This document shows positions 30,501-39,351 of a DNA stretch of 64,000 nt, in pieces (position 1 is the first letter of the stretch; every line of letters begins with the position of its first letter). The notes beneath the pieces are model-generated. The model was not told the DNA's origin, made no database searches, and saw only the letters and a list, made by a program, of their open reading frames with translations. The stretch lies in the NCBI GenBank assembly GCA_963767925.1, contig CAVYGB010000010.1, positions 1,504,001 to 1,568,000 of the forward strand, given 5' to 3'. The DNA is from an uncultured delta proteobacterium. Lineage in GTDB: Bacteria; Myxococcota_A; Polyangia; Fen-1088. A program made the position numbers and the translations under genes.

Positions 30501-31735
30501 CTGGTGGTGTTGGTGAGCCGGTAGTAGGGGAAGTAGCCCGACTGATAGAAGGTCATGAGCCCCAGGTTCACCACGTTCGCGTTGGCCGAGACGATGTTGC
30601 GCATGACCCGCTTGGCGATGGTGGTGCGCGAGCTGGCCGGACCGCAGGAGTCGCCGCTGATGTTGCAGTCGCCGTCGTCGTTGCAGATGTTCTGCCCCGT
30701 CCGGCACATACGGGAGGCGGTCGCCGTGGCGGGCGCGTTGCAGAGGTCTCCGTCGGCGCCGGGCTGGCATCGGTTGATGACGACGCCGGTGCAGGGATTG
30801 GCCTTCGGGACGCAGGTGTTCCGGTCCTCACACTTGTTGTCGGTGTAGCGGATCGTGCAGACCTGCCGGGGCAACATGCAGGTGTTGGTGGGCGAGGCGC
30901 ACGAGCGGCTAGAGGTGTTGCAGGAGTCGTTTTTCTTCTGCTTGCAGTCGTTGTTCGTCGTGCACTTGGTGCCATTCTTTACGCACACGCCGGGGCACCC
31001 GCTGGAGCTCGTGCAGGTCTTCGTCGAGTCGTAGTTGCAGACCTTCGGGCGCGTCGGGCAGTTCGAGTTGGTGCTGCAGCCGCCGGAGGGGGTGCTGAGG
31101 AAGGCGCAGGTGCCGCCCGAGGTGGCGTAGGGGCACTCCTCCGCGGTGGCGCAGGTGGTGCTGTTGTTGGCGCAGATGCCGGGGTCGCAGTCGGCGTCGG
31201 CGGCGCAGGCGATGTCGGTGCGCTTGCAGCGGAGCTGCTGGGTGCACTTGCTGCTGAGGCTGCAGGCCGCGCTGGTGGCGGCGCAGTTGCCGCTGGTCTG
31301 ATCCGGGCAGTCGCTGTCGGAAAAGCAAGCGTGGCCGGTGGCGCAGCTGCCGGCGATGGGCTGGCAGTCGCTGTCCGTCGCGCAGGAGGCAAAGCCGCTC
31401 TTGCAGGTGTTCGACCGGCAATGCAGGTCGGTGGCGCAGGACTTGGCGGCGGTGGCGCACACGCCGATCGAGAGACCACCCCGGCACATGAGGCCCTCGT
31501 CGCAGTCGACGCCCACCTCCTTGTCGGTGTCGAAGGTGCCGCCCGGCACGCCGGTCATCGAGCCGGAGGTGTCGAACAGGATCAGCATGTTCGGCTTGTG
31601 GATCTGCCGAACGATCATGTTGAGGGGGTCCATGCGGGCGTATGTCGTCCGGGGTGCCACCGTGGGGAGGAGGTGGGCAAGGAAGAGCGCCGCCATCACC
31701 TTGGCGCTCGTCCGCGGACGTCTTGCGAAGCTCAT
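27578..31735 (-). CDS. pilY1: PilY1/PilC-type pilus tip adhesin with vWA domain, Cys-rich insertion and C-terminal beta-propeller
   Basis: Signal peptide; ILFDTSGSM (MIDAS), GTPT, LLVTDG; YVGSNDGMLHAF, GTEAFAFLP, YVGDTWGKLWR. Confidence 0.88.
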   Translation of the reverse strand: MSFARRPRTSAKVMAALFLAHLLPTVAPRTTYARMDPLNMIVRQIHKPNMLILFDTSGSMTGVPGGTFDTDKEVGVDCDEGLMCRGGLSIGVCATAAKSCATDLHCRSNTCKSGFASCATDSDCQPIAGSCATGHACFSDSDCPDQTSGNCAATSAACSLSSKCTQQLRCKRTDIACAADADCDPGICANNSTTCATAEECPYATSGGTCAFLSTPSGGCSTNSNCPTRPKVCNYDSTKTCTSSSGCPGVCVKNGTKCTTNNDCKQKKNDSCNTSSRSCASPTNTCMLPRQVCTIRYTDNKCEDRNTCVPKANPCTGVVINRCQPGADGDLCNAPATATASRMCRTGQNICNDDGDCNISGDSCGPASSRTTIAKRVMRNIVSANANVVNLGLMTFYQSGYFPYYRLTNTTSTTKSVLVPEGTLDARDCYDKNAGTSGLASTCTLNGQTLALRSTLNAQYLVQGHGSTTDKYVDAAFCGPFCNISGFGTGVFKGAYYQYTDITGTKNELTRFSTYRGKVFTESGNIYRYYDSRPDYYNPPSGTTTTPPITTASCSSSCSASCGGTWDTRLAPFLTTNDTPANLNATITAFNQALEPADGGGLVTYNGTPTGCSLLNPNSPDKNHSAYHYMQDVKAADSLQCRLNFVLLVTDGEANGPGDTNCGSTACANADPVAAGCGCRAVLAAYSMRKNLGVKTLVVGFATDAAAGSGFKANDNIAKAGGTDVGNDDKSPYAYAATSEKALTQAIQDAIYSAVEGSYATSPSTASQGSQQGTTYASGSYVLDSRVDFPSWRGHLIAYDVSGISPVLKWDAATKLEAGDWKKRRIYTAAPDNTMIRIDVDQSTGAIRNRDVLYQMGLGGSAEEAERIARWMLGDPALKNPAVLGAIINSTPIDVGPPITGPLPGQSKFNLAQKERPNITYVGSNDGMLHAFYTRTVTVSGTTYEGGTEAFAFLPPNMMSMVTKLFAQGGQLADPKKHIYGGLANSPKIKNLCVSNCDNDTDAVWKTLLVVTQGWGGNEVFMLDVTTPTLTPKIYWSSIAQGWPAAYDRALGLTVSVPAFTFHRTDGQDDYRLLLASGYPVDKNSTTQGRTFLSVSVRTGAVMDEEVLPGSGSCPQEYTLIADVATSRKQFKNSDGLMDGRKEFLTAYVGDTWGKLWRYGPDSELITDLGCQQPIYFSPTVVQLDADNPNNPQGGDAYLVQVTNSALDDDTIGYGPSKMIVLKESNSSGRPRLDTTFGDDGFVVLSTDNTALMCGVTDATGQTCLTPLPANTRPLSTPTAVTKSDGTGFFVMSNWYTPATNGCGKGTTYIMVHEFSGAEPRLKQAVKVADEPVLSPVVVGGKLMVSSSKGPVVIDGSVTTNVVRAKPSGHVDGDIFQMGGWSEVP

Positions 31736-31747
31736 GGGGGTCGCTTC

Positions 31748-31763
31748 ATCAATGAACGTGCCA
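31748..31763 (-). promoter_or_regulatory. Putative sigma54 promoter of pilY1 (TGGCAC-GTTCA-TTGAT)
   Basis: Perfect -24 box; -12 box has GA instead of GC; overlaps inverted repeat GCCAGGGG-T-CCCCTGGC (31760-31776). Confidence 0.5.
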
Positions 31764-31914
31764 GGGGTCCCCTGGCGCAGTCCTCCGGTGGCATTCGGCG
31801 CCCCGCCGGGGCGGGTGTCCCCGCCCCTTCAGAGAAAAGTCGGTGGCGACGATGTAAATGGTGATGTCTATCAGGACAGTAACTTACCTCACGAAAAATT
31901 CGTAAAAAGTATCC

Positions 31915-32529
31915 ATGGGGAAAAAAGGTGCTGAAAACTTTGCGGAGCTGACGGCGCCGCGAAGGCTCCGCGACGCGGGCCTCACCCTCACCGAGCTCAT
32001 GGTGGTGGTGGTGATGATCGGGATCCTGTCGGCGGCCGCCTACCCCTACATGGGGCGAGATCGACGGGCCAACGAGGGGCGGGACTTCGCCAGCGAGGTC
32101 GCCCGCGCCTTCCAGCTCGCCCGCTCGCGGGCGGTGGCCGAGCGCGTCTCGACGCGGGCCTTCATCTATTCGGACCGGGTCGAGCTGCGCGGCTGGGTGG
32201 CGGGCGACGACCCCAACGACGTCCCCACCGCCCCCACCGTCTCCGACACGCCCTACTCCGTTCTGCTTACCCGGCCCGGGACCAGCGTCTTTGACGTCCT
32301 CACCGCCACCACGCCGGCACCAACCGTGCAGGTCCTCACGACGACGACGCCCGTGCAGATCGACTTCAACAGCCAGGGACAGATGCAGATCGTGGGACAA
32401 GCCCCCCTGATTTCGGCCTTCGTCTTCTTACGAAACACGAACTTGCCGGTGGGCGTCCCCAACCGCGACTTTCGCGTCGACATCCGGGCGTCGACCGGTT
32501 ACGTGGGCGTCCGCAACCGATGGGATTGA
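31915..32529 (+). CDS. fimU: FimU/FimT-like minor pilin
   Basis: G/LTLTELMVVVVMIGIL prepilin motif; LARSRAV. Confidence 0.82.
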   Translation: MGKKGAENFAELTAPRRLRDAGLTLTELMVVVVMIGILSAAAYPYMGRDRRANEGRDFASEVARAFQLARSRAVAERVSTRAFIYSDRVELRGWVAGDDPNDVPTAPTVSDTPYSVLLTRPGTSVFDVLTATTPAPTVQVLTTTTPVQIDFNSQGQMQIVGQAPLISAFVFLRNTNLPVGVPNRDFRVDIRASTGYVGVRNRWD

Positions 32530-32981
32530 TGATGACGAGAGTACCCCGCCGCCGGGAGGGCGGTTTCACCTTGATCGAGGTCCTCATCGCTGTGCTGGTG
32601 GCGATGGTGGGACTGCTGGGGACGGTGGCGGTCCAGCAAGCGGGCCTCAACGCCGCCATCAACGTCAACGACTCCCAGGTGGCGATGCGCCTGGCCACCA
32701 TGAGCCTCGAGCAGTTCAACACCCGGCGCACCCAGCTCAGCCCCTTCATCGACCTGCTCAACCCCGTGGCCACCGGCGAGTGGACGACCCCGGTGTTCCT
32801 CGATGCCCAGGGACGCTCGGCCGCCGCCCTCTCTGGCACCAACCGCTGGCGCCTGCGGACCCGGGTCACGAACACCGGCGCCACCCGCCCCTACAACATC
32901 TCGGTCGAGGTGCTCTACGCGCTCGACAGCGGCTCGTCCAAGACCCTGCAACTCGACGCCGAGCGGAGGAAGACCTGGTGA
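32520..32981 (+). CDS. pilV: PilV-like minor pilin
   Basis: GFTLIEVLIAVLVAMVGLLG prepilin motif. Confidence 0.82.
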   Translation: MGLMMTRVPRRREGGFTLIEVLIAVLVAMVGLLGTVAVQQAGLNAAINVNDSQVAMRLATMSLEQFNTRRTQLSPFIDLLNPVATGEWTTPVFLDAQGRSAAALSGTNRWRLRTRVTNTGATRPYNISVEVLYALDSGSSKTLQLDAERRKTW

Positions 32982-34147
32982 AGCGCGCGCCCGGCCGGCG
33001 GAGCCAGAGCGGCCTCACCATCGTCGAGCTCCTCATCACGATCGTGATCGCCTCGATCCTCTCGGTCGCCACCTTCACCTTCTTCGCGGGCCAGCAGCGG
33101 ATCTACGACGTCCAGACCGAGCTGCTCAACATGCAGCAGAACCTCTGGGCGGGCATGGAGACGCTGGCCCGCTACGCCCGGGCCACGGGGGCCGGCATGG
33201 CCGACTGCGTGCGCGACGACCAGACCGGCCCCGACGACGGCGACCCCGCCCCCGGCGGCGCCGTCATGCCCGCCACCGGCCTGCGCATGTGGCGCAACAG
33301 CGCCTTTTCCCGCGTCCCTCCGCTCTGGATCCAGAACGGCGCCGACGGCGCCCCCGACACCATCACGATCGCCTACGGCGAGGGGTCCTCGGGCGCCTTC
33401 ACCGACGCCTCCCTGCGCACCACCATCCCCATCGGCCAGTCCGCCGCCGACATCGTCACCACCCTGGGGGAGAGCGCCGCCTTCGTGGCCGACGAGTTCG
33501 CCCTGCTGGTCGACTCGAACACCGCCGACGGCGACCGGGGCTGCATGTTGTTCCAGATCACCGGCGTCGTGCCCGGCACCGACACCTTGCTCCACAACGG
33601 CACCACCTCGACCTGGAACACGCTGGCCAACATCGCGGCCATGGTCCCCAACGCCTACAACGGCAACGTCGATCCCACCGTCGCCACCGGCGGCGTTCGC
33701 CGGTTCGGGACGCTGACCTACGTGCAGTTCGCCATCGACTCGACCGGGGCGCCGGCGGTCGCCCCCCGCCTCACCATGAACGTGTTGACCGGCACCCAGG
33801 GCCCCCAGATCCTGGCCGACGGCATCGAGGACATGCAGATCGCCTACGCCTGCGACCTGGTGCCCGCCGGCGCGGTCGACGGCGTGTTGACCGAGGGGGC
33901 CACCACCGCCGCCCGGCTCACCGACGAGTGGGTCTACAACCACGCCGCGGACGTCCCGCCCATCCTGTGCAAGCGTCCCGCTGCCATCCGCATCACCCTC
34001 ATCGTCCGCTCGAGCAACACCGACGTCACGCTGACCGACTTCCCGGGCAACGCCAAGCCCGCCGCCGAGGACGGCGCCGCCGGCACCGTCGACCTCTTCC
34101 GCCACCGGGTGGCCACCACCACCGTCTACCCCCGCAACAACAACTGA
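32978..34147 (+). CDS. pilW: PilW-like minor pilin
   Basis: GLTIVELLI motif, MQQNL, ILADGIEDMQIAY, IRITLIVRS, C-terminal VYPRN; GTGA overlap. Confidence 0.85.
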   Translation: MKRAPGRRSQSGLTIVELLITIVIASILSVATFTFFAGQQRIYDVQTELLNMQQNLWAGMETLARYARATGAGMADCVRDDQTGPDDGDPAPGGAVMPATGLRMWRNSAFSRVPPLWIQNGADGAPDTITIAYGEGSSGAFTDASLRTTIPIGQSAADIVTTLGESAAFVADEFALLVDSNTADGDRGCMLFQITGVVPGTDTLLHNGTTSTWNTLANIAAMVPNAYNGNVDPTVATGGVRRFGTLTYVQFAIDSTGAPAVAPRLTMNVLTGTQGPQILADGIEDMQIAYACDLVPAGAVDGVLTEGATTAARLTDEWVYNHAADVPPILCKRPAAIRITLIVRSSNTDVTLTDFPGNAKPAAEDGAAGTVDLFRHRVATTTVYPRNNN

Positions 34148-34172
34148 GTGGGGCCGCCTCTCGGAGCGCCGG

Positions 34173-34964
34173 TCACGGCAGCTCGCAGTCCCCCTCGTCG
34201 CACTGGCCGGGCTCGGGCTCGCCGTCGGTGCCGGGGCAGCCGATGTCGCCGAGGACGTAGCGGACGCCGCCGCAGATGAGGGTGAGGACATCCTCCTCCT
34301 TGTTCCACTCGCCCCGGGCCACCTCCTGACCGCCCGGTCGCTGGAACGCCCAGCCCTCGACCTCGTCCTCCGACGAGCCGGTCATGACCAGCGTGTAGCA
34401 ATCGCTGCCGTCGGGCTTCTTGACCGCCATGGTCGTGACGAAGGCGCCGTCGTCCGACCCGGAGTAGACCCGGGTCGACTGCTTGCGCACGTCGTTCTCG
34501 TAGCAGTAGTTGCTCAGCGTCGAGGAGACCTCCTCGCTGGTACAGACCGAGTCGTGGCTGGTGCAGGCCGCCGTCAACTGCAGGAGATCGGGACAGTTGA
34601 TCTGCTCGCAGGCCCTGACCATGACCACCGCGTCCGTCGCCGTGTCGGCCGGCCGATCGGGGCCGCTGTCGGGCGGCGACCCGACCGCCACCTCGCGCGC
34701 TGGCGCGTCGGGGGTCCCGACCGGCGCCGGTCCGTCGCGGCTGCCCGGCGCCGGGTCGACCCGGGCGTCGCTGCGAGCCCCCCCGGCTCCCCCGCCCGCG
34801 CCGCCGGGACCACCGGGGGCACCACCGGGCGGGATGGTGAACCCGCCGGCGCCACCACCACCCCCGTCGGGTTCACTCGTGATGAGGTAGGGCCGATCGC
34901 AGGCCTCTGTGAACAACAGGAAAACTGTCGCGACGAACGCCGGACCGAGGCTCGGACTTCGCAT
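34173..34964 (-). CDS. Hypothetical lipoprotein with Gly/Pro linker and Cys-rich C-terminal domain
   Basis: TEAC lipobox; GC3 bias. Confidence 0.7.
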   Translation of the reverse strand: MRSPSLGPAFVATVFLLFTEACDRPYLITSEPDGGGGGAGGFTIPPGGAPGGPGGAGGGAGGARSDARVDPAPGSRDGPAPVGTPDAPAREVAVGSPPDSGPDRPADTATDAVVMVRACEQINCPDLLQLTAACTSHDSVCTSEEVSSTLSNYCYENDVRKQSTRVYSGSDDGAFVTTMAVKKPDGSDCYTLVMTGSSEDEVEGWAFQRPGGQEVARGEWNKEEDVLTLICGGVRYVLGDIGCPGTDGEPEPGQCDEGDCELP

Positions 34965-35065
34965 GGGACCGCTCCTGTAAGTTTGAATAGGTCTTACGAG
35001 CGGCTCCATTTTCGGGGTAACCCCCGGCACCGGTCAATAAAAACAGTAGGCGCGAATACGGCAGC

Positions 35066-36112
35066 TTATCGGGAGCTTGCAAACGTTTCGCTGGCCTGCG
35101 GCGCGCCCTGAGCGCGGCGCAGCGCCAGGAACTCACGGAGTGCGCGGCGGTGAATCAGCGCAGATACCAGCCCGACCGCGAGGTTCACCAGCACCGTCGC
35201 CGCGTGCGACAGCACCGCGATCGCCGCGGCTTCGGCCTCGCTGGCGCCCAGCGCGCGCGCCGCCCAGGTGCAGGCCAGCAGGTAGACGCCCGTGCCGATC
35301 GGCAGCCCGGGCGTGAACTGCCCCAGCGTGATGGCCCCCAGCAGGAGCCAGCCCCCGGCCAGCCCCGCCTCGGCCCCCACGAAGGCGAGCGACAGCCCGT
35401 AAGCCAGGCCGGCGGCCGCCGGCGGTCCGAAACCGGCGAGCAGGCCGCGCCCCAGCCGGCGCAACGAGCCCACCCCGCGGACGCCCGCCGACACCGCCTC
35501 GAGGAACTGGCGCAGCCGCCGCGCCTTGCCCGAAGCGCGCAGGCGATCGGCCAGGCGAGGCGCGCCCAGTCCCAGCAGCACGAGCAGCAGCGCCAGCGCC
35601 GCCACCAGGACCAAGCCGGCCAGCGCGGTCCGCCCGAGCGGATTCCCTCCCGCGAACGGCGCGCTGAGGGCGATGGCGGTGACCAGGGCAGCCACCTCCA
35701 GCAGCTTGGCCACCAGCAGCGACGCGAGCAGCTCGACCACCGAGCGCCCGACCTTGCGCGCGGCGAACCAGGCGGTGACGAGCAGCCCGAGCCGAGCGGG
35801 CAGCGTGTTGTGCACCAGGGCCCCGATGGCCAGGGCGTGGTAGCGCACGCGGAACGTGGGCACCGGCGGCGGAGCGGTGAACCCCCACATGTTGGCGCGC
35901 AGGGCAGGCAGCAGCGCGCTCAACGCGATGAAGGGCACCAGCCAGGTGGCGTGCGCGGGGAGATCGTCGAGCCAGCCCCCGAGCTCGAAGCGCGGCACCA
36001 GCGCAAATCCTGCGTCGGATCGGGTCGGCCGGTAAAACGCCAGCGTCAGCGCCGCCGCGCTCGTCGCCACCCCCAGCAACGCCATGAGTCCTCGTCGCAG
36101 CCACCCGGGCAT
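35066..36112 (-). CDS. Lysylphosphatidylglycerol synthase TM-region (flippase-like) membrane protein
   Basis: Multi-TM; IGALVHNTLPARLG and PGLPIGTG motifs. Confidence 0.75.
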   Translation of the reverse strand: MPGWLRRGLMALLGVATSAAALTLAFYRPTRSDAGFALVPRFELGGWLDDLPAHATWLVPFIALSALLPALRANMWGFTAPPPVPTFRVRYHALAIGALVHNTLPARLGLLVTAWFAARKVGRSVVELLASLLVAKLLEVAALVTAIALSAPFAGGNPLGRTALAGLVLVAALALLLVLLGLGAPRLADRLRASGKARRLRQFLEAVSAGVRGVGSLRRLGRGLLAGFGPPAAAGLAYGLSLAFVGAEAGLAGGWLLLGAITLGQFTPGLPIGTGVYLLACTWAARALGASEAEAAAIAVLSHAATVLVNLAVGLVSALIHRRALREFLALRRAQGAPQASETFASSR

Positions 36113-36132
36113 GCCTCCACAGTGGGGCCGCC

Positions 36133-36148
36133 AGCAAGGGCCTGGCCA
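36133..36148 (-). promoter_or_regulatory. Putative sigma54 promoter (TGGCCA-GGCCC-TTGCT)
   Basis: GG-N10-GC spacing about 20 bp upstream of the flippase-like gene. Confidence 0.5.
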
Positions 36149-36210
36149 TGGTCCCGGGGCGCCCCCGATGGCGCCGGGCGCCCCCTCTGGCCAAAACCTC
36201 GATCGGACCC

Positions 36211-36747
36211 ATGGTCGCCATCGTGGTGTCAGCGGGAGGTATCCAGGCCGCGGTCGCGGCGCTGTTGCTCGCTCAGGCGGAGACGCCGGCAGGTCTGGCC
36301 GGAGCCGACGCGCGCGAGCTGGCGCCTCCCGTCGATCCCGAGCCCGCCGCCACCCTCGAGGTGGCGCTCGATCAGCCCGCCGATCTTTCCGGGGCGGACG
36401 CGGACGTGATGGGGTGCGAGCTGACCGGGATCGAGCTCCTGCTCGACGGCACCTCGCTGAGCGCCCCGCTGCTTCCTGCCGCTAGCGGCGCCCGCCCGGT
36501 GTTCTCGGGCCTCGTCGCGCCCGGCCCGCACAACCTGGTGGCCCTCCTGTTCTTCCGCCCGCGCGCGCCCGACCCGGCCCGCAGCGCCGAGCCGCCGATC
36601 CGCCTGGTGGCCGAGCACCGGTTCCAGTCGCGGCCCACCCGCCCGCTGGTTCTACTGATCACGCCCGCCCGCCCGACCCCGGCCTGCGACGATCTCCCGC
36701 AGGTCCGCTTCGCCGCCGCGCCAGCGCCGCTGGCCGCCGCCGACTGA
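36211..36747 (+). CDS. Hypothetical secreted protein
   Basis: Signal-like N-terminus; fills the gap between neighbours. Confidence 0.55.
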   Translation: MVAIVVSAGGIQAAVAALLLAQAETPAGLAGADARELAPPVDPEPAATLEVALDQPADLSGADADVMGCELTGIELLLDGTSLSAPLLPAASGARPVFSGLVAPGPHNLVALLFFRPRAPDPARSAEPPIRLVAEHRFQSRPTRPLVLLITPARPTPACDDLPQVRFAAAPAPLAAAD

Positions 36748-36767
36748 CCTCGACCCCGGCGCCGGCT

Positions 36768-37943
36768 TCAGGGCAGGCCCGGGAGATTCATCGGGATCGA
36801 GCGGACGTTGGTTCCGGGACCGACGACAAGCAGCGTCTGTCCGTCGGCGCCGCCGAACGCGAGGTTGGTGCCCCCGCCGTATCCCCCCCGGCGCTGGCCC
36901 TCGGCGCTGAAGATGTTCCCCTGGGCGTAGACGTTGCCCCCGCAGTCGACCGCCATGCCGTCGCCGCCGGTGAACAGGTTGCGCCGGTTGGTGGCGAGGC
37001 CCCCTTCGTCGAGATCCCAGATGCCGCCGTTGAGGGCATAGAGCTGCCGCTCGTCGGGCGACAGGGCGATGCCGTTGGGGGGGCCGCCCTGGAAGACCCG
37101 GGTCAGCTCCCCCGCGGGATCGATCCGGAACAGGCCGGGGCCCACCCCGCGCGGGCGGTTGCCGAGCTCGAACGGGGGGTTGGTAAAGTAGATGCCGCCG
37201 TTGCTGTGGGCCACCAGATCGTTGGGGGTGTCGAGCATCTGGCCCATGAACGCGGCCGCCAGCGTGCGCGACTCACCCGTCGCAGGATCGAAGCGGACCA
37301 CCGAGCGGGACTGGTGGCAGGCGGCCAGCAGGCCGCCGTCGGGCGCCACCGCCAGGCCGTTGCAGCCGACGTCGCGCTGGAAGACCTCGCACCCCTCACC
37401 GGGCGTGTATTTGATGATGTCCCCGCGGGTCGGAGCCCGCTGGACGAAGTTGGTGAAGTAATAGGCGCCCTGGCTGGCGATCCAGGTCGGGCCCTCGTTG
37501 TACGTGTAGCTGAACTCGAAGTCCGCACACACCGCCTCGGCCGGTCCGGGCATGGGCGCGGGGAAGGGCCCCGCGGGGCAGCGGGCCCCCGCCGAGGGAG
37601 GCGCATCGGCGCGCGCGCCAATCCCCACGTCGGCCCGGCGGCCGGCGTCCACCCGCCCGGCATCGACCCGGCCGGCGTCAACGCGCCCGGAGTCCACGCG
37701 CCCCGCATCGACCCGGCCCGCGTCCCGGCGTCCGACGTCGGCGCCACCAGCATCGCGCCGCCCGCCCGCACCGCCCACCGGAATGACGCCGCCCCCTCCG
37801 CCGGTCCCGGCGACGCCACCCGGCGCCATCGGCGGTGGCGGCGGCCGGCCGCCATCGAGCGGCGGGAAGGGCGGATCATCGGGGGTGCAGGATCCGAGCA
37901 GGAGAGAAAAGGTTCCGAGGACGACGAGGGGCCCGAGCTTCAT
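36768..37943 (-). CDS. SMP-30/gluconolactonase family lipoprotein
   Basis: LGSC lipobox; EGPTW, NGLAV, TPNDL, PNGIALSPD, GDGMAVD, TNLAFGG. Confidence 0.9.
   Translation of the reverse strand: MKLGPLVVLGTFSLLLGSCTPDDPPFPPLDGGRPPPPPMAPGGVAGTGGGGGVIPVGGAGGRRDAGGADVGRRDAGRVDAGRVDSGRVDAGRVDAGRVDAGRRADVGIGARADAPPSAGARCPAGPFPAPMPGPAEAVCADFEFSYTYNEGPTWIASQGAYYFTNFVQRAPTRGDIIKYTPGEGCEVFQRDVGCNGLAVAPDGGLLAACHQSRSVVRFDPATGESRTLAAAFMGQMLDTPNDLVAHSNGGIYFTNPPFELGNRPRGVGPGLFRIDPAGELTRVFQGGPPNGIALSPDERQLYALNGGIWDLDEGGLATNRRNLFTGGDGMAVDCGGNVYAQGNIFSAEGQRRGGYGGGTNLAFGGADGQTLLVVGPGTNVRSIPMNLPGLP
37640..37760 (-). repeat. In-frame 15-bp tandem repeat encoding (DAGRV)n linker
   Basis: RDAGRVDAGRVDSGRVDAGRVDAGRVDAGR in the translation. 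Confidence 0.85.
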
Positions 37944-38015
37944 GGCCGATCTGTATCACCACTTCACCTGCCCCCGCGCCTGCGGACTCGTTTTGCGACG
38001 CGCGATCTCGCGAGA

Positions 38016-39338
38016 TCAGGGACGGACTGCAGACAGCTCGTAACGGAATGGTTTCCAATCGCCGGCAGCCAGCTCGCGCGCCGCCAGCTCCCAGATGACG
38101 ACCTTCTTGCCAGCGAGCCGATCCTCGCCGGCGCCGAGCGCCTCGCTCAGCAGCTTGCGGGTGGCGAAGGCCCCCGAGTCGTTCTGGGCGATGAGATCGA
38201 TATCGCGCCCCAGCGCCCGGGCCAGGTGGGGCGCCAGCCCCGCCGCCTCGCCCCAGCCCATCGACGGCGACGAGAACACGTTGGTGAAGCTGTCCCCCAG
38301 CAGCAAGACGTCGGCCGTCTCCCGGGGCTGCCAGGGCTGCCCGTCGGCCGTCTGCACCTGGTTCACGGTGACGGTCGCCGGCGCGAACACCCCCTGGTCC
38401 TCGGGCAGCTTCAACATGTCGACGATGTCGCCGACCCGCGAGACGGTCTGGGGGACCACCTTCCAGGCCGGCGCCGCCACGGGCGGCAGCGGCACCTGGT
38501 GGCGCACGAAGCGCGCGAGCTGCCCCGCCACCTCCTCCATCCAGGCCGGGGTCCAGTGGGTGTCCTGGGCCAGGAAACGCGCCGGAGTCCCCGCCACCAC
38601 CTCGGAGGGCGAGGGATCGAACACCAGCACGCCGCTGGCCCGCATCTCGACGACGAAGCGCCGGTAGTCCAGGTTGCTGACCGCCGGGACGCGCGCCCCG
38701 CCCCGGCCGTGCAGCTCGTGCGGCTGCAACGCGGCCTTGTCGGGCACGGGGAAGAGCACCAGGCGGATCCCCCGCCGGGCCAGCGCCCGGGAGAACTCCA
38801 CCACCGCCGGCCGCGGGTCGGGGTGGATGGCCGCCTCGCCGGCGTCGAGCGCCGCCTTGACCCGGGTCTGCTGCAGCTCGTGGTCGAGGAACCCGGGCCC
38901 GCCGACGTAGAGGACGCCGGGGGTGTAATACAGCCAGCCCGAGGCCCCCACCACCGCCTTGCTGTTGCCCACCCGCCCCCAGCGGGTCAACGCGGCCTGC
39001 AGCCGCGGCTGCACGAATTCCTTGGGGTAGGAGGCGCTCTCGAGGTCCTTCTCGTACTGGTGCAGGCTCTCGCGGGTGGGCGGCCGGGTGAAGACGTCGG
39101 CCAGCATGCTCTCCTCGTCGCGCACCTTCTCCAGCACGGCCTGGGCCAGCGGCACGCTGTAGATGACGAGGAGGAAGGTCAGCGCCAGGCCCCAGGCCAG
39201 GCGCCGGGAGATGCGGGTGCGCAGGAAGCCCCGCCGCAGCTCCTCGTCGTGGGAGGGATCGGTCGGTCCACCCCGGTGGCCGGCGCCCGGGACGAGCAGG
39301 GACGACGAAGCGCGGGGGTCCGTGGTGGGGGTCGTCAT
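38016..39338 (-). CDS. algJ: AlgJ/AlgX-family SGNH O-acetyltransferase
   Basis: VVGASGWLY, PVPDK, QDTHWTP (DxH), LLGDSF, VIWE. Confidence 0.85.
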   Translation of the reverse strand: MTTPTTDPRASSSLLVPGAGHRGGPTDPSHDEELRRGFLRTRISRRLAWGLALTFLLVIYSVPLAQAVLEKVRDEESMLADVFTRPPTRESLHQYEKDLESASYPKEFVQPRLQAALTRWGRVGNSKAVVGASGWLYYTPGVLYVGGPGFLDHELQQTRVKAALDAGEAAIHPDPRPAVVEFSRALARRGIRLVLFPVPDKAALQPHELHGRGGARVPAVSNLDYRRFVVEMRASGVLVFDPSPSEVVAGTPARFLAQDTHWTPAWMEEVAGQLARFVRHQVPLPPVAAPAWKVVPQTVSRVGDIVDMLKLPEDQGVFAPATVTVNQVQTADGQPWQPRETADVLLLGDSFTNVFSSPSMGWGEAAGLAPHLARALGRDIDLIAQNDSGAFATRKLLSEALGAGEDRLAGKKVVIWELAARELAAGDWKPFRYELSAVRP

Positions 39339-39351
39339 GGGCCGCCTCCGA

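Noticed and set aside
27626..31864. 1412-aa plus-strand ORF
   Set aside because: It is the antisense shadow of pilY1.
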